DNA of 64,000 nucleotides from NCBI GenBank assembly GCA_039815375.1, contig JBCBZJ010000004.1, forward strand, positions 1 to 64,000. Reading direction: 5' to 3'. Shown here in pieces: positions 20,567 to 35,324 of this stretch. Positions within the stretch are counted from its first letter, which is position 1. The number at the start of each line of letters is the position of its first letter. Source of the stretch: Verrucomicrobiota bacterium. Lineage in GTDB: Bacteria > Verrucomicrobiota > Verrucomicrobiia > Opitutales > Coraliomargaritaceae. The notes under the pieces are model-generated. The model had not been told where the DNA came from and did no database searches. It saw nothing but the letters and a program-made list of their open reading frames with translations. The position numbers and the translations under genes are program-made.

Positions 20567-21310
20567 ATGAAAATTCGCAACTCCCCACGCTCAGGCTTTA
20601 CCCTGATTGAGCTACTTACAGTCATCGCGATTATCGGCATCCTTGCCGCGATCCTTATCCCAGCTGTCGGTGCCGTTCGAAAAAAAGCTTCACAAGCACA
20701 GTCTTCGAGTAACATGCGCCAGATCGCACTTGCATACAACAACTTTTCCACATCCGGCGGACGAACGCGCGTTATTAAATCAGGTAGTTACGACTCATCT
20801 ACCGCCACCAATTCAGCTTCCAATCTAAAAGAATGGGCCCTTGTTCTGGCTCAAGGAGCAGAGCTTACAGACGCCTCAATTTATATTGTCGATTCAGACC
20901 CAGCGCTTAATGAGATTTCCGGGGAACTACCTAAAGTAATTGGCTCCAGACAGTCAGACGGATCATTTCAATCGAACAACGACTGGGATAGTTTTGATGA
21001 AGAAGGCATTGGCTATGCAGCGGTTGTAGGGATGAACGGTAACGCTCCGGCATCGACCACTCCGCTTCTTTGGACTAAAGGTCTTCAATCCTCAGGTTTC
21101 TGGGAGCCAAGCGAAAATCCTTGGGGCAACGATGGAGGACACATCGTGTTTATGGATGCACACGTTACATTTTACGACAATGTAGCCGAACCACAAGCAC
21201 TGGTCGGCGCCTCTAACTCGGGTTCATCCGGTCAGGCAACAAGTAACATTGTTGAAGCTACTCAAACTACAGATTCTACAGAAATTTTCGATCCATCCGG
21301 AACGATCTAA
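20567..21310 (+). CDS. Prepilin-type N-terminal cleavage/methylation domain protein
   Basis: GFTLIELLTVIAIIGILAAILIP; C-terminal GGHIVFMDAHV. Confidence 0.9.
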   Translation: MKIRNSPRSGFTLIELLTVIAIIGILAAILIPAVGAVRKKASQAQSSSNMRQIALAYNNFSTSGGRTRVIKSGSYDSSTATNSASNLKEWALVLAQGAELTDASIYIVDSDPALNEISGELPKVIGSRQSDGSFQSNNDWDSFDEEGIGYAAVVGMNGNAPASTTPLLWTKGLQSSGFWEPSENPWGNDGGHIVFMDAHVTFYDNVAEPQALVGASNSGSSGQATSNIVEATQTTDSTEIFDPSGTI

Positions 21311-21333
21311 TTTTATTATCCAGAACAATTTTC

Positions 21334-21368
21334 AAGCCCCGGTTTCCACTGAAGCCGGGGTTTTCTTT
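21334..21368 (+). terminator. Rho-independent terminator
   Basis: AAGCCCCGGTTTC-CACT-GAAGCCGGGGTTTT hairpin plus T-run after the prepilin gene. Confidence 0.75.
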
Positions 21369-21429
21369 GGTATAGTTCCAAACTTTTGCGTTGTTTCTGC
21401 CCAATTGAAGCAGTTATCACTATTACTTA

Positions 21430-23100
21430 GTGTCAGATACGATATACATACTTGGTCACAAAAACCCAGATGCAGACGCCATCTGTTCGGCACTTGCATA
21501 CGAAGCCTACAAGCATGCGATTGGGCAAACCGATTATATTGCTGCACGCTGTGGTAATTCAAATGCGCGTATCGATGCCATTCTCGAGCGCTTCAAAATA
21601 CCTCTCCCACTCTTCCTTGGTGATGTCACTCCACGAGTTGAAAACATCATGCACACCGACGTGCTTAGCGTTTCAAAAAACGGCACGTGCGCTGAAGCAC
21701 TCGAACTCATCGATAAATACGACATTCGTGCGCTCCCAGTTGTCGATGAAGACGGTAAACTCGAAGGCTTGGTTTCTATTTTTCAACTGGGAGAGTTCTT
21801 CATCCCCAAACCAAACGAGCCCAAGGCGCTACGACGGGTGCACACAAGTATCAGTTCGATTATCCGCTCGCTAAGCGCAGAAGTGCTGCACAGCAATAAT
21901 TCCGACCGTCTGGAGGAACTGTTCGTGCGGATCGGTGCGATGGATATTCGTTCCTTCGGCAACCATCATAAGGAACAGGGCCTGCCTTCCGAAAAAAGCA
22001 TTATCATCGTCGGCGATCGCTGGGACATCCAAGAACGCAGCATCCAACTGGGTGTCCGCCTACTTGTAATCACTGGTGGATTAGAGGTGGACGAGGATGT
22101 TATCAGCCACGCCAAAGAGCGCAATGTTTCGTTAATCGTCAGTCCTTACGACTCGGCCACAACTTCCTTGATCATTCGAACGGCGACCCACATCGAGACG
22201 CTAATTGAAAAAGAAGTGCAGTGCTTCCCGGCAGGCGACCGAATTTCCTCGGTCAAGCGGCGCATCGCAAACAACAACGAGCCGCTTTACATGGTCCAAA
22301 ACGACCAAAAGGAACTAATCGGTGTTTTCTCAAAGAGTGATATCCTGCGCCCCAGTAAGACCAAGATCGCTCTGGTTGATCACAATGAACTAGGGCAGGC
22401 CGTCAACGGCGCCAGCGAAGTTAAAATCACCGAAATTCTCGACCACCACAGATTGGGTAACATCCCGACCGAACAGCCAATTCTTTTCATCAACAGGCCG
22501 GTTGGTTCCACCTGCTCAATCGTTGCTGACTTGTTCCGCAGTCGAGGGCTCACCCCTGAACCTAGTATCGCCGGTGTGATGATGGCGGGAATTATCTCTG
22601 ATACTTTGCTTCTTCACAGCCCAACAACAACTTCACTTGAAGGTGAGCTGCTTGACTGGCTGAGCCCGATCGCCGGGATCAAACCGAAAGACTTGGCAGA
22701 CATCATATTCACTGCTGGATCACTCATCGTAAACAATCTGCCGGAGCAGGTGATCCGTGCCGACTGTAAGGTGTATGATGAGGGCGAGTTACGTTATTCT
22801 GTTTCCCAGATTGAGGAGCTCGGCTTCGATAATTTCTGGAAGAATGAAACGGTTTTGACAGAGGCGTTAAACGCATACCGTAAAGAAGAGGGCCTTTATT
22901 TCAGCTTTCTTTTGGTCACGGATATCAATTCTCAAAACTCACTTCTCGTCGTTTCTGGAAATGATGAACTCAAAGCTGCAATAAACTATCCACGCCGGAG
23001 TCTGAGTAACATCTACGAGTTGGCCGGGATCGTGAGCCGCAAAAAACAACTCATTCCTTACATCTCGACGATGCTGAAAACGATGGGCGTCCTCCCCTAA
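21430..23100 (+). CDS. ppaC: Mn-dependent inorganic pyrophosphatase with CBS/DRTGG domains
   Basis: GHKNPDADAI, LVDHNE, ILDHH, SRKKQ; CBS insert. Confidence 0.9.
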   Translation: MSDTIYILGHKNPDADAICSALAYEAYKHAIGQTDYIAARCGNSNARIDAILERFKIPLPLFLGDVTPRVENIMHTDVLSVSKNGTCAEALELIDKYDIRALPVVDEDGKLEGLVSIFQLGEFFIPKPNEPKALRRVHTSISSIIRSLSAEVLHSNNSDRLEELFVRIGAMDIRSFGNHHKEQGLPSEKSIIIVGDRWDIQERSIQLGVRLLVITGGLEVDEDVISHAKERNVSLIVSPYDSATTSLIIRTATHIETLIEKEVQCFPAGDRISSVKRRIANNNEPLYMVQNDQKELIGVFSKSDILRPSKTKIALVDHNELGQAVNGASEVKITEILDHHRLGNIPTEQPILFINRPVGSTCSIVADLFRSRGLTPEPSIAGVMMAGIISDTLLLHSPTTTSLEGELLDWLSPIAGIKPKDLADIIFTAGSLIVNNLPEQVIRADCKVYDEGELRYSVSQIEELGFDNFWKNETVLTEALNAYRKEEGLYFSFLLVTDINSQNSLLVVSGNDELKAAINYPRRSLSNIYELAGIVSRKKQLIPYISTMLKTMGVLP

Positions 23101-23207
23101 CTTTCATCGCCGATGAGTTAAATTGAAGGTTTCGGATTCCTACGAACGAGCACGCATACATTACGCCGACGATCCGCGGGTGCTCAAAGGTTAGCTTTTT
23201 TCCAGAT

Positions 23208-23981
23208 CTAAGCTACTGGCTGGAACAGACTTTTGAACTGTGCACTGGCGTAATCGCGGTTGAGTTGCGCAATCATATCCAGAGAAATTTCCTTCGGACA
23301 AACCGCTTGGCATTCCCCGATGTTAGTGCATCCGCCAAATCCTTCGCCATCCATCGTCGTAACCATGGCAATCGTGCGGCGATCCTTCTCAGCCTTCCCC
23401 TGGGGCAAGCTATTCATGTGTGATACTTTGGCAGAGGTAAAAAGCATAGCTGATGCATTCGGACAGGCCGCAACACATGCGCCGCAACCAATACAGGCTG
23501 CTGCATCCATCGCATAATCAGCGATGTCTTTTGAAATCGGCATTGCGTTGGCGTCGACTGCACTTCCAGTTCGGCCAGTGATGAAACCACCGGATTGTAT
23601 GATACGATCAAATGGGGAACGATCCACAATCAGATCTTTCATCACGGGAAACGGTTTTGCGCGCCAAGGCTCGATCGTAATAGTCTGCCCATCGTAAAAG
23701 TGGCGCATATGCAACTGGCAAGCGGTGATCGCCTTTTCGGGACCGTGTGGAATCCCGTTGATCGTCATCGAGCACATTCCACAAATACCCTCGCGGCAGT
23801 CATGATCGAAGGCCACGGGCTCCCTATTATCTTCGACAAGCTGCTCGTTCAAAATGTCAAGCATCTCAAGAAAAGAGGAGTCTTCGGAAACATCCTTTAG
23901 CGGGTATTCTTCGAAGTGTCCTTCTTTGCTGCCGTTCTTCTGACGCCAGACCTTTAAGGTGAGATTCATTGTCTTTTCCAT
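23208..23981 (-). CDS. sdhB: Succinate dehydrogenase/fumarate reductase Fe-S subunit
   Basis: [32 protein letters not shown]. Confidence 0.95.
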   Translation of the reverse strand: MEKTMNLTLKVWRQKNGSKEGHFEEYPLKDVSEDSSFLEMLDILNEQLVEDNREPVAFDHDCREGICGMCSMTINGIPHGPEKAITACQLHMRHFYDGQTITIEPWRAKPFPVMKDLIVDRSPFDRIIQSGGFITGRTGSAVDANAMPISKDIADYAMDAAACIGCGACVAACPNASAMLFTSAKVSHMNSLPQGKAEKDRRTIAMVTTMDGEGFGGCTNIGECQAVCPKEISLDMIAQLNRDYASAQFKSLFQPVA

Positions 23982-23999
23982 CGTTACTCTCGTTTGAGA

Positions 24000-25943
24000 T
24001 TACTTGTAGCTACGGGTCGCAAATTTCACATTCTCATAGATGAGCTCTTCTCGGTGCAATTCAGGTTCTACCCAATCGCCTTTGTATTCCCACACTCCAG
24101 CAAAAGCAAAGCTCTCATCATCGCGCATTGCCTCGCCGTCTTCGGTTTGGTGCTCGACTCGAAAATGTCCGCCACAGGACTCCTCGCGCATCAGCGCGTC
24201 ACGACACATTAGCTCACCGAACTCAATAAAATCGGCAACGCGACCGGCACGCTCGAGCTCGGGATTGATTCCACCGGCTTCACCAACGACTTTAAGATTC
24301 GACCAGAACTCTTCCCGAAGCTCCTGAATCTCGGTGATAGCTTGTTCAAGGCCTTCCTTGGAACGTGCCATGCCGCATTTTTCCCACATGATATTACCAA
24401 GCCGCTTATGGAAAGAACGGGGCGACTCAGTGCCGTTAATCGACATAAGCCGGTCGATGCGGGCCTTTACTTCGGTTTCGACTTCGTCGAATGCCGGATG
24501 ATCTGCTGAAATGGTTCCCGCAGCGGCAACGCCCTGCTCACCGAGGTAATTACCGACTGTGTAAGGCAAAACAAAATATCCGTCTGCCAAACCTTGCATG
24601 AGCGCGGAAGCTCCAAGCCGGTTCGCTCCGTGGTCAGAGAAATTAGCTTCACCACCGACGAACATTCCGGGGATAGTCGACTCCAGATTGTAGTCTACCC
24701 AAAGCCCTCCCATCGTGTAATGAACAGCCGGGAAAATCATCATCGGCACTTCGTATGGATTGTCTCCGGTAATGGAACCATACATATCAAAGAGATTGCC
24801 ATAGCGTTCCTCAATGGCCTTTCTCCCGTCGCGCTTAATCGCATCGCGGAAGTCGAGGTAGACACCGAGTCCGGTCGAAGCGATCCCGCGTCCCTCGTCA
24901 CAAGCTTCTTTCGCAGCACGCGAAGAAATATCGCGCGGGGCAAGGTTACCAAAGCTCGGGTATTTACGCTCAAGGTAGTAATCGCGGTCATCTTCCGGCA
25001 CATCATTGGCGAATACTTTACCCTCGCGAATCAACTTTGCCGTTTCTGCGGACTTAGGTGCCCAAACCCTTCCGTCGTTACGCAATGATTCAGACATAAG
25101 CGTTAGCTTGGACTGCTGGTCACCGTGGACGGGGATGCAAGTCGGGTGAATCTGAGTGTAGCAAGGATTCGCAAATCCAGCACCACGCTTGTGCGCGCGG
25201 TAAGCAGCAGTCACATTGCAACCCTGCGCATTGGTCGAAAGAAAGAAGACATTACCATATCCACCAGTCGCAAGGACCACACAGTCACCAGCGTGGCGAG
25301 ACACTTCACCGGTCGCCATGTTACGAACAATAATACCCTTTGCGTGGCCATCGACTTTGACAACGTCGAGCATCTCATGGCGGTTATACATTTTCACTTT
25401 ACCGAGGCCGATCTGACGACTGAGTGACGCATAGGCACCAAGTAAGAGTTGCTGGCCAGTCTGCCCTCGGGCGTAGAATGTTCGGGAAACCTGAGCACCT
25501 CCAAACGAGCGGTTTGCAAGCTGACCCCCATATTCTCGGGCGAAAGGCACTCCCGACGCAACGCATTGATCAATGATATTCGCGCTCACTTCAGCGAGGC
25601 GATAGACATTAGCCTCACGGGCGCGATAGTCGCCGCCTTTTACAGTATCGTAGAAGAGTCGATAGATACTATCACCGTCGTTTTGGTAATTTTTAGCGGC
25701 ATTGATACCACCTTGAGCAGCAATACTGTGTGCACGGCGCGGGCTGTCCTGATAACAGAAACACGAAACGTTGTAACCCTGCTCAGCCAGGCTAGCGGCT
25801 GCAGCGCCACCTGCGAGTCCGGAACCAACCACGATAATGTGATATTTGCGCCGGTTCGCCGGATTCACCAGCTTCATTTTAAACTTATGGTTCGACCACT
25901 TCTCAACGATTGGCCCCTCGGGGATCTTTGAATCCAGGTTCAT
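24000..25943 (-). CDS. sdhA: Succinate dehydrogenase/fumarate reductase flavoprotein
   Basis: [31 protein letters not shown]. Confidence 0.95.
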   Translation of the reverse strand: MNLDSKIPEGPIVEKWSNHKFKMKLVNPANRRKYHIIVVGSGLAGGAAAASLAEQGYNVSCFCYQDSPRRAHSIAAQGGINAAKNYQNDGDSIYRLFYDTVKGGDYRAREANVYRLAEVSANIIDQCVASGVPFAREYGGQLANRSFGGAQVSRTFYARGQTGQQLLLGAYASLSRQIGLGKVKMYNRHEMLDVVKVDGHAKGIIVRNMATGEVSRHAGDCVVLATGGYGNVFFLSTNAQGCNVTAAYRAHKRGAGFANPCYTQIHPTCIPVHGDQQSKLTLMSESLRNDGRVWAPKSAETAKLIREGKVFANDVPEDDRDYYLERKYPSFGNLAPRDISSRAAKEACDEGRGIASTGLGVYLDFRDAIKRDGRKAIEERYGNLFDMYGSITGDNPYEVPMMIFPAVHYTMGGLWVDYNLESTIPGMFVGGEANFSDHGANRLGASALMQGLADGYFVLPYTVGNYLGEQGVAAAGTISADHPAFDEVETEVKARIDRLMSINGTESPRSFHKRLGNIMWEKCGMARSKEGLEQAITEIQELREEFWSNLKVVGEAGGINPELERAGRVADFIEFGELMCRDALMREESCGGHFRVEHQTEDGEAMRDDESFAFAGVWEYKGDWVEPELHREELIYENVKFATRSYK

Positions 25944-25955
25944 CTTCGTTTTGTC

Positions 25956-26789
25956 CTATTTTTGGAGATTCTCTGAAACAGCAGCCACCGTCTTGGTAAC
26001 ACCACCAGATGGATCTACTTTAATCAAACCTGTCATTGCTGCAAGTGGGATGACTGCAAAACCAATGAACACAATCCAACCATAACCAAGCGCGATGAAG
26101 TCGAGCCGCTTACGCCAATCCGCATTCCGGAATCCAATCGTTTGAAACATGCTGCTAACACCGTGAGCGAGGTGCATGCAGAGCAATCCAGTAGCAACAA
26201 TGTAGAAAGCCGAGACCCACCAAACCTTGAAGCCGGCGATCATCATGTCGTTTACGTTAAAGGTCTTGATGATCTCACCTTCTTTAACAACGGGTTCACC
26301 TTTCTTGACGAGCGGAACTTTGGTCGGGTAGCTCTCCGCCATACCATCACCGGAAGCAATCGCAATTGCTTCATTGTATTCCATCCCGGGAACAACACGC
26401 GCAGTATAGTGGGCGATATGGAAAAAGATAAAGGCCAGCAAAATAACTCCGCTCACACGCATCGTGCGTGCGGAATAAGTCGCTTGAACGGTTTTGTTGT
26501 CGGCGTAGTTCTCGGGTCGGGCCTTCCTGTTGTCGAGTGTGAGTGATACGGCGGCCCAAACATGAATGGCAATACATGCCAGTAAGAAAAGGCGGATTCC
26601 CCAAAGTGCAGCCGTGGGCAGCTGGTAGTGCAGCTTGTAGGCATAAGCATTAATCACCTCGGCACCGAGAAAGATCTGCAGGTTGCCAAGCATGTGACCC
26701 ATCACGAAGCCTACAAGGACTACGCCACTCAACGCCATCAAGATTTTCCTTCCGATCGTAGATCGGAGAAAGATAATAAAAGAGCTCAT
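25956..26789 (-). CDS. sdhC: Succinate dehydrogenase cytochrome b subunit
   Basis: STIGRKILMALSG, HMLGNL, heme-ligand His residues; operon position. Confidence 0.9.
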   Translation of the reverse strand: MSSFIIFLRSTIGRKILMALSGVVLVGFVMGHMLGNLQIFLGAEVINAYAYKLHYQLPTAALWGIRLFLLACIAIHVWAAVSLTLDNRKARPENYADNKTVQATYSARTMRVSGVILLAFIFFHIAHYTARVVPGMEYNEAIAIASGDGMAESYPTKVPLVKKGEPVVKEGEIIKTFNVNDMMIAGFKVWWVSAFYIVATGLLCMHLAHGVSSMFQTIGFRNADWRKRLDFIALGYGWIVFIGFAVIPLAAMTGLIKVDPSGGVTKTVAAVSENLQK

Positions 26790-27084
26790 TTTCGTTCGTT
26801 CGTCGTTGTCAATACTGCTATGAAGCACCCAAGTCTTTTCAAACTAGTTGGCGTCAGAGCAGCATCTATTAGGCAACAATATGCTGTCTATTAGTAAAGC
26901 TATCTCTGATTCGTCCCCTTTCATGCAGCCATTGCCTACTTAAAATGAACAACGCCCAAGGTGTCGAACATAAAATCATTAAAACTTATCTTATTATAAA
27001 CTTGTAGCAGTTTAGCTTATTGAAAAAGCCTCTCTCCGGCTCTGGCCTAAAAATGTTTGCCATCCCCAAAGTCCTGACAATTGA

Positions 27085-28746
<1,662 letters not shown>

Positions 28747-28753
28747 TTTTCTT

Positions 28754-29392
28754 CTAGGGAGCGAGGCGTTCGGTCGACCACAGCCTTTTTTCGCACAAGC
28801 GATAAACGAAGCGGTCATGCAAACGGTTCGGTCGCCCCTGCCAGAATTCGAAAGCATGTGGAACAATGCGGTAACCACCCCAATGATCAGGGAGTGGCAC
28901 CTTGCCCTCTGCAAACTTCCGCTTCATCTGATCCAGCTTCGTTTCAAGAACGGACCGAGAGGTAATGACTTTACTCTGCGGCGAGGTCCAGGCACCGAGT
29001 TGACTACCGAATGGGCGGCTGAGGAAATACTTTAACGATTCTGCCTTCGGGATGCGTTCCACACTTCCGGTCACGTTCACCTGGCGCTGTAACGGTAACC
29101 AAAGGAAATTCGCACCTGCTTTACCTGCTGCGTCCAGTTCATCAGCTTTCCGGCTTTCGTAGTTGGTGTAAAAAACAAGCCCCTTTTCAGAGAACTCTTT
29201 CAACAACACGATGCGTGTGCTCGGTTGGCCATGCTCTGAGACTGTGGCCAAACACATTGCGTTCGGCTCCTCCAGTTGAGCGGCCTCAGCCTCGTGAAAC
29301 CACTTCTCAAACTGCTCGAAGGGAGAGGCCAACAGATCATCCTCGGAGAAACTGCCCTTGGTGTAGCTTTGCCTGAGTTCAGAGAGATCCAT
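28754..29392 (-). CDS. pdxH: Pyridoxamine 5'-phosphate oxidase
   Basis: [28 protein letters not shown]. Confidence 0.95.
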   Translation of the reverse strand: MDLSELRQSYTKGSFSEDDLLASPFEQFEKWFHEAEAAQLEEPNAMCLATVSEHGQPSTRIVLLKEFSEKGLVFYTNYESRKADELDAAGKAGANFLWLPLQRQVNVTGSVERIPKAESLKYFLSRPFGSQLGAWTSPQSKVITSRSVLETKLDQMKRKFAEGKVPLPDHWGGYRIVPHAFEFWQGRPNRLHDRFVYRLCEKRLWSTERLAP

Positions 29393-29452
29393 AAAGTTGT
29401 TATCGTTGGAACTGAACTATCAACGGACGACCAGCAAAACAACCCGGCGCAG

Positions 29453-30382
29453 CTAGCCTTGCTCGGCCAACCAACGCTCGGCTTCGATCGCTGCCTGGCA
29501 ACCCATACCCGCCGCAGTGATGGCCTGACGATACACATGGTCAACACAATCACCGGCAGCGTAAAAGCCTTCGTATTTGGTCTTAACCTGACTTCCTGCT
29601 TCAGGGACGATGTAACCATCGCCATCGCGCTCGAGCACGCCTTCAACAAAATCAGTGTTCGGGATATGCCCGATCGCAATAAAGACACCCTTACACGGAA
29701 TCTCGCGCTCTTCGCCGGTGTTTGCATCTTTGACCTGAATACCCTTGGTGAAACCCTTGTCATCAGCCAGCACTTCGACTGGAACCGTGTTCCATGCCAT
29801 CTCAATCTTCTCATGCGAAGTCGCACGATCCGCCATGATCTGGGATGCACGCAATTCACCGCGACGGTGAATCAGGGTCACCTTCGAACAAAAACGAGTC
29901 AGGAATAGTGCCTCTTCACAAGCGGAATCACCACCACCGATAACAACTACATCCATCTCGCGATAAAAGGCACCATCACAAGTTGCACAGGTCGTCACGC
30001 CCTTGCCACCATACATTTCCTTCTCACCGGGGATCTCCAGCAAACGGGGACGAGCTCCGGTTGCTACAATGACGGATTTTGCCTCGTAGACCTTATCCCC
30101 CGCATAGAGCCTTTTCACATCAGCATCGATTTCGACTCGGTCGATCTTGGCATGCTCGTAACGTGCACCAAAACGCGCCGCCTGTTTACGAAGATTGTCC
30201 ATCATCATGAATCCATCGATTCCCTCCGGGAAACCGGGGAAATTTTCCACCTCGGAGGTTGTCGTGAGCTGCCCACCAGGTTGTGTGCCCTCAAGCACGA
30301 GCGGGTTCAATTGAGCCCGACCGGTATAAATTGCCGCAGTGAGTCCGGCACAACCGGTGCCGAGTATGATAACATCTTCCAT
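29453..30382 (-). CDS. trxB: Thioredoxin reductase
   Basis: [31 protein letters not shown]. Confidence 0.95.
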   Translation of the reverse strand: MEDVIILGTGCAGLTAAIYTGRAQLNPLVLEGTQPGGQLTTTSEVENFPGFPEGIDGFMMMDNLRKQAARFGARYEHAKIDRVEIDADVKRLYAGDKVYEAKSVIVATGARPRLLEIPGEKEMYGGKGVTTCATCDGAFYREMDVVVIGGGDSACEEALFLTRFCSKVTLIHRRGELRASQIMADRATSHEKIEMAWNTVPVEVLADDKGFTKGIQVKDANTGEEREIPCKGVFIAIGHIPNTDFVEGVLERDGDGYIVPEAGSQVKTKYEGFYAAGDCVDHVYRQAITAAGMGCQAAIEAERWLAEQG

Positions 30383-30492
30383 AATACTATTCGCTTTCGA
30401 TTCCAAGAGCCGAAAAAGATGGACCCCGGTAATCGTTTCTCAACCAAATTATGCGATTTGCTATTGAAGCAGAATAGCACAGACTACATCGC

Positions 30493-31302
30493 ATGAAGTT
30501 TTACCCCGTCTTAATTGCTTTCTTACTCAGCGTCACAGCGGCAGCCCACGGAAAAATCGAGCTGGGCGACGACTTGGAAACGGCATTGGAAAGACTGGGC
30601 AAGCCCATCGGCACCATTGAGCTACGCGATAAGACGCTCCTGCTTTATCCTCAGGGTGAAATCGCTCTCCGGGAGGTTAAAATCACAGAGATTGATCTGA
30701 TGTCCGATGAAGAATTCGCTGCTGACCAAGAACGCATTAAACAAGAACGTGAAGAATGGCAGATGGCGCAGGAGCGGCGAGCCATTCGCCATACCGAAGA
30801 AGGCAAGTCCATCAAGGCGGACAAGCTGTCAAGTAGTGCATTTGCTGCCCTTCCGGCTAAAGATCGTGTCGACTACTGGCGCAGCTTTCAGATTCGCTAC
30901 ACCGGAGTGGATGTCTCAGACGAGATAGGCCGCGCCCTTGAGAGCTACCAAACCGAACTAGCCGAACTGGAAACCCAGCAACGCATTGCCGAGCTGGAAG
31001 CCCGCGTTGCACAAGCCGAGAAGGAGGCAACCACAGCTAAGCTCGAAACCGAGAAATTGAAGGATCAGGCACTACGCTCACGCAGCTCGACCCGGTATGG
31101 CCTTCGCTATTACTACGATCCAGTAACCCATCCTCGATATCTCTATCGGCCTCCAACCGTAACCATCTTCACCAACGGAAACCAGCAGAAGACCCAAAAA
31201 CAAGCGCCTGACTACTGGAAATTCCGCGATTACAATCCCGAGGGAACGGCTGAACGGGTCGCGCGAATTTTACAGGATACCAAAGAGAAGGTTAATCCGT
31301 AA
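30493..31302 (+). CDS. Hypothetical exported coiled-coil protein
   Basis: Signal-peptide-like N-terminus, charged helical stretches. Confidence 0.6.
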   Translation: MKFYPVLIAFLLSVTAAAHGKIELGDDLETALERLGKPIGTIELRDKTLLLYPQGEIALREVKITEIDLMSDEEFAADQERIKQEREEWQMAQERRAIRHTEEGKSIKADKLSSSAFAALPAKDRVDYWRSFQIRYTGVDVSDEIGRALESYQTELAELETQQRIAELEARVAQAEKEATTAKLETEKLKDQALRSRSSTRYGLRYYYDPVTHPRYLYRPPTVTIFTNGNQQKTQKQAPDYWKFRDYNPEGTAERVARILQDTKEKVNP

Positions 31303-33211
31303 GAACGATTCCCTCGATCAATGCATCTGCTTCGCGGGTAATACCTTCACGAGCCAGGCGGCTGGCAGGATATACATCCTGTGCGGCCAGGTAAGCTGCG
31401 AGCGCTCCAGCCACATGCCCTTGAGTGGATTGACGGTCAGCGCGATCAATCTGCAAAACGAAATCAGCCACACGAGGAGCGAGCTCAGCACGAGCCTGAT
31501 TCATCGGACCATCCGAGCCATCGATGGTCGAAGCTTCTACCAGCAGCTCCCAAGCCGCGTAAGCTTCGCCCTGTTTCACCAGCTCTTCACTCTGTTTGAC
31601 CAGAAGATCAATGCGGGCAACTTCCTCAACGACAGCCATCAGCAGAGGCTTGCGTTGCACATCATCGGAGAGTGCAAAACCCAGCTCCATTCGACGCTCG
31701 TAGATAGCGCGACGGTCGTTCCTCTCAAAAAGATCATCGAAGACCTGAATGCCCTGCGAGCCGGCTGTCGCAAGCTTGGTCGTTTCCATCTGGAACTCTC
31801 GAATCGCAGGGTTCGACGGCCAAATATCGATAGCTTGCTTCAGCTCTTCACGGGCCTTATCAATCTGACCGATGTTACGATACTGCGAAGCAGCAAAAAC
31901 GGCCATGTCACTCATACTCTTTGCTGTTTCCAAACCGGAAAGCACACGCATTGTCGGGAAATCCTCAGCCATTTCGGAAATTTTCTCAGCCATGATGCCC
32001 ACACCACTGTAGTCTTTGGCATCCGCCAGATCTCCAGCCTCAATCAAGCTGCGATATAGATCCAGCATGTACCGGCGCTGCTCTACCGGAATTTTATTCA
32101 GTTCGGTCAGGAACTCCCCAAGGAAGAAAACCTCCTGCAGGCGTTCAAGCGCAAGCATCGTGCGCCCTTCGGCATAAGCCGCATTGACCGCTTCGACGCC
32201 TTTGTTGACATCATTCACCGCTTCACGGGAGACAAAAGACATACTGTCGACCGTGTAGGCCAAATCGCTACCCGGCAGAAACTCAGCAAGTTGGCTCTTC
32301 CCTACTTCGAGCTGCTGGTGCGAGCCTTTGAACAACCATTGATAAAAACCTGAGAGCACAAGCGCGTGCTCAAACCGGCGCTGTAGCATGAAGCTGACGA
32401 TCTGGCTCTGAAACTGAAGTTTTGCCTGCAGGCCCGTTGCCGCCGCATTTGATTCAAGCGCGAGAATCTTGGCTTCGGTCTCTGCAAGATCGAGCACACG
32501 AAAGGCAGCTTCAGAAGTGAGCGAATCTTCGCCACCGCCTGAGCTGGATGCAGAATCAGAATTTCCACCTCGTGAGGCACTGGACTCCCGGATACGTTGT
32601 TGCTGGATCTTGTCCGCAATGAAAGCACGGTTCGCAACGACCTCTTGCTGGTATTTTCGTATGTCCTCCAGCTCGCGCTGCGAAAGAGCGACGCCCCGGC
32701 TTTCCTTACGAATACGCCAGGCATTGAAGACCTGGTTTGCGACGATTGTGCTGTTACCACCATCGATATCGAAGGCCGAAGCCCGAAAGAGCAGTTCCCA
32801 GGTGTCGAGAATAGCATCATCCGTGTTATTATTTGAAACCGATAGACGTTCGAGGATATCCGCCATCAGAAGGGCGTATTCCTCTTCCTCACGCGTCGGT
32901 GAAGCGAGCAGGAAACGTTCGAAGCGGGAGCGGAAGGCACGTTGCTCCGTTAAATTAAAGGTTTTCCCCTTCCAGTTGAAACTGCCGTTCTCGAAATCCA
33001 TCGAATCACTCGTAGGATCGAAGACGCGATTCGCCATTTCAAGAAAGCTGCTGCTCTCAAAAATACCGCCGGTCGGGGCAGCCACGTTGGCCTGCGCAGG
33101 TTGAGCAGAAGGTGCCGAAAAGCCATTCGCTGAAGTCGGACCACCTTGAGCAAGCATCTGCCCGGCAAGGGCGATACACCCGATACTAAAACTTGCGTAA
33201 CTCTTCCACAT
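31292..33211 (-). CDS. Hypothetical exported alpha-helical (TPR-like) protein
   Basis: 639 aa ORF, signal peptide, TPR-like segments ([15 protein letters not shown]). Confidence 0.6.
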   Translation of the reverse strand: MWKSYASFSIGCIALAGQMLAQGGPTSANGFSAPSAQPAQANVAAPTGGIFESSSFLEMANRVFDPTSDSMDFENGSFNWKGKTFNLTEQRAFRSRFERFLLASPTREEEEYALLMADILERLSVSNNNTDDAILDTWELLFRASAFDIDGGNSTIVANQVFNAWRIRKESRGVALSQRELEDIRKYQQEVVANRAFIADKIQQQRIRESSASRGGNSDSASSSGGGEDSLTSEAAFRVLDLAETEAKILALESNAAATGLQAKLQFQSQIVSFMLQRRFEHALVLSGFYQWLFKGSHQQLEVGKSQLAEFLPGSDLAYTVDSMSFVSREAVNDVNKGVEAVNAAYAEGRTMLALERLQEVFFLGEFLTELNKIPVEQRRYMLDLYRSLIEAGDLADAKDYSGVGIMAEKISEMAEDFPTMRVLSGLETAKSMSDMAVFAASQYRNIGQIDKAREELKQAIDIWPSNPAIREFQMETTKLATAGSQGIQVFDDLFERNDRRAIYERRMELGFALSDDVQRKPLLMAVVEEVARIDLLVKQSEELVKQGEAYAAWELLVEASTIDGSDGPMNQARAELAPRVADFVLQIDRADRQSTQGHVAGALAAYLAAQDVYPASRLAREGITREADALIEGIVLTD

Positions 33212-33572
33212 AAATAAGGCCTCCCTCTAGTATATTCGCCCGCATCTCGTAGCGCTGGCCCACATGTAAGTTCTTACCTCCTGCATCTGAGACAAAAACA
33301 GGTATGCGCGATGACGATCCTTCAACCACTACAGCTAGAATCCGACCGACGCCTTCTTCCCACTTGATTTGCGAGTCAATTTGCGCTGTTAAAAGATAGG
33401 TATTCCCAAGGAAATCTCCGGGCTTTGCCAGGTAAGTGCTCACGGGAAGTGGCTCGAGGCTGCTAAAACTATTTTTCCCGCAAGCAACAAAAAGAAAACT
33501 ACTCAAAGACAGACAGATAAGACTGAGGTAGCGATGCGGGATACAGGAAGATTCTGGTCGGTATAGGGGCAT
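33186..33572 (-). CDS. Putative lipoprotein
   Basis: Lipobox-like LFVAC. Confidence 0.55.
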   Translation of the reverse strand: MPLYRPESSCIPHRYLSLICLSLSSFLFVACGKNSFSSLEPLPVSTYLAKPGDFLGNTYLLTAQIDSQIKWEEGVGRILAVVVEGSSSRIPVFVSDAGGKNLHVGQRYEMRANILEGGLIYVEELRKF

Positions 33573-33615
33573 GTCAAATGGATCGCTTAAAACAACTTAA
33601 AGTTACATCAAACGC

Positions 33616-35271
33616 TTAGTTCCAGGACTTTTTCTGGCAACCTAAAAAGACCATTAGAGCACCCACACAAAACTGTAACAGCAAGACAAATACAGCAAGC
33701 GAGGGCGATGGAATCCATTCCGCAGACTCGAGGCGATAGGCATCGTAAACCCGCGTCTCGCGCATTGAACCAAAATAGCCGGCCCAACCCCAGTAGGCAT
33801 TGATAAAAGGACGGCAGGTCCATATCAGCAACTCGGGCAGCGCCAGCACAATGCCTGACAAAGGCAACTGAAAGCCGACCAAATAAACAGACAGGAGAGA
33901 TGCTTTATCCGCAGAGCTAAAAATGGCTGAGAAGCCAAGACAGACGGCCGTCATCGAAACACAACTCAGCATAAGAACGATGGACTGTGCCAGAAGCGCT
34001 CCCGGGAACTGGCAAATATATTTCACGAAAAGCGTCATCCACAGCCCTTGCAGTAGCGCAACGCCGGATGCAAAGATCAGCTTGCTCAACCCGTAGGCGA
34101 TGGGGTTCAGGCCGCTGAAACGCTCCTTCTCGTAGAGCTGTCGCTCCCCGGCGATCTCACGTGCGCCGTTGTTACTCCCCATCAACGTTAGCAGGATGAC
34201 CTGAAAAAGAATCAGACCCGTCACCAGTGACGCAGTCTCCAGAGCGTCGATTCGGAAACGGATACTATCCTGCATCTGCTCAAGAAAGCCCGCGTTTGAA
34301 TCCAGCGACATGCCCTGCAGTTGCGGGATACCGTCAAGAGCAAAGATCACCACCAGCAGAGGAAAGCCAAGTGTGATTCCGAGCGTAAGCAGCCAGTAAC
34401 CTTTGTCTCTTCGAAACAAGACTGTCCTTCGCTTCAACAAGGTCACGATTTGTGCAAGCAGCCCGGGCATTCGGGGGATCTCGTGCCCGACCTGCCCAGC
34501 TTGCTCAACTCCCGGCTTTTGCGCATCTGACCAGCGCGAACGCCAATACTCGATACTTTCTTCACCCAATCTATCGTAGAGTTGCAATGCATCGGGAATC
34601 CCGAAGTAGGCATTAAGCTCATCCAAAGTTCCCTGAAATACTACCCCACCTTCGTAGATCACAGATATTCGGTCAAAGAAATCGAGCTTCGCCAAATTGT
34701 GGATGATACAAATAAAGGTCTTTCCCTGCTCATCGCGAAGACGCTCCAGAACGCGCAGGATATCGTCCTCCGAGCGTGGATCCAAACCACTCGTGACTTC
34801 ATCACAAACCATGCAGGGCGGATCACTCACAAGTTCCAACCCCAGGCCCAATCGCCGCAGCTGCCCACCACTCAAGTCGTTTACGCGTTTTTCGCGGTGC
34901 GCCTCTAAGCCGACGCAGCCCAGGATTTCCTCCAGCCGCGCCACACGCACCGGCACATCCGTCACAGTCAGCTCCAGAGCATAACGGATTGCCTCGTCTA
35001 CAGTGAGGCCTCCATGTGCAATACTGAACTGCGGCGCGAATGAGAGTTGTCCGAGCAAATCGGCACTTGATCTGATGCGCTCGCCGTCGAAGAGGACCTC
35101 CCCCTCGCTTTTAAGAATGCCCAACATTGCCTTTACCAATGTGGTTTTGCCACAGCCGGAAGGACCGATGATTGCATTCAGGCCGCGACTCTTAAATTGG
35201 GCAGTCGCACGGTCCAGAATTCTCGGGCCTTTGGGCCCCGCGTCGACGGAAAGTTCATTGCAGGATAACAT
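33616..35271 (-). CDS. ABC transporter, fused ATPase and ABC-2 permease (ABCG-like)
   Basis: [23 protein letters not shown]-terminal TM helices. Confidence 0.9.
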   Translation of the reverse strand: MLSCNELSVDAGPKGPRILDRATAQFKSRGLNAIIGPSGCGKTTLVKAMLGILKSEGEVLFDGERIRSSADLLGQLSFAPQFSIAHGGLTVDEAIRYALELTVTDVPVRVARLEEILGCVGLEAHREKRVNDLSGGQLRRLGLGLELVSDPPCMVCDEVTSGLDPRSEDDILRVLERLRDEQGKTFICIIHNLAKLDFFDRISVIYEGGVVFQGTLDELNAYFGIPDALQLYDRLGEESIEYWRSRWSDAQKPGVEQAGQVGHEIPRMPGLLAQIVTLLKRRTVLFRRDKGYWLLTLGITLGFPLLVVIFALDGIPQLQGMSLDSNAGFLEQMQDSIRFRIDALETASLVTGLILFQVILLTLMGSNNGAREIAGERQLYEKERFSGLNPIAYGLSKLIFASGVALLQGLWMTLFVKYICQFPGALLAQSIVLMLSCVSMTAVCLGFSAIFSSADKASLLSVYLVGFQLPLSGIVLALPELLIWTCRPFINAYWGWAGYFGSMRETRVYDAYRLESAEWIPSPSLAVFVLLLQFCVGALMVFLGCQKKSWN

Positions 35272-35324
35272 TAAAAAAATAAATTAACTTTGCGCCAAAT
35301 ATAAAGGCCAGCATTTTGGTCACA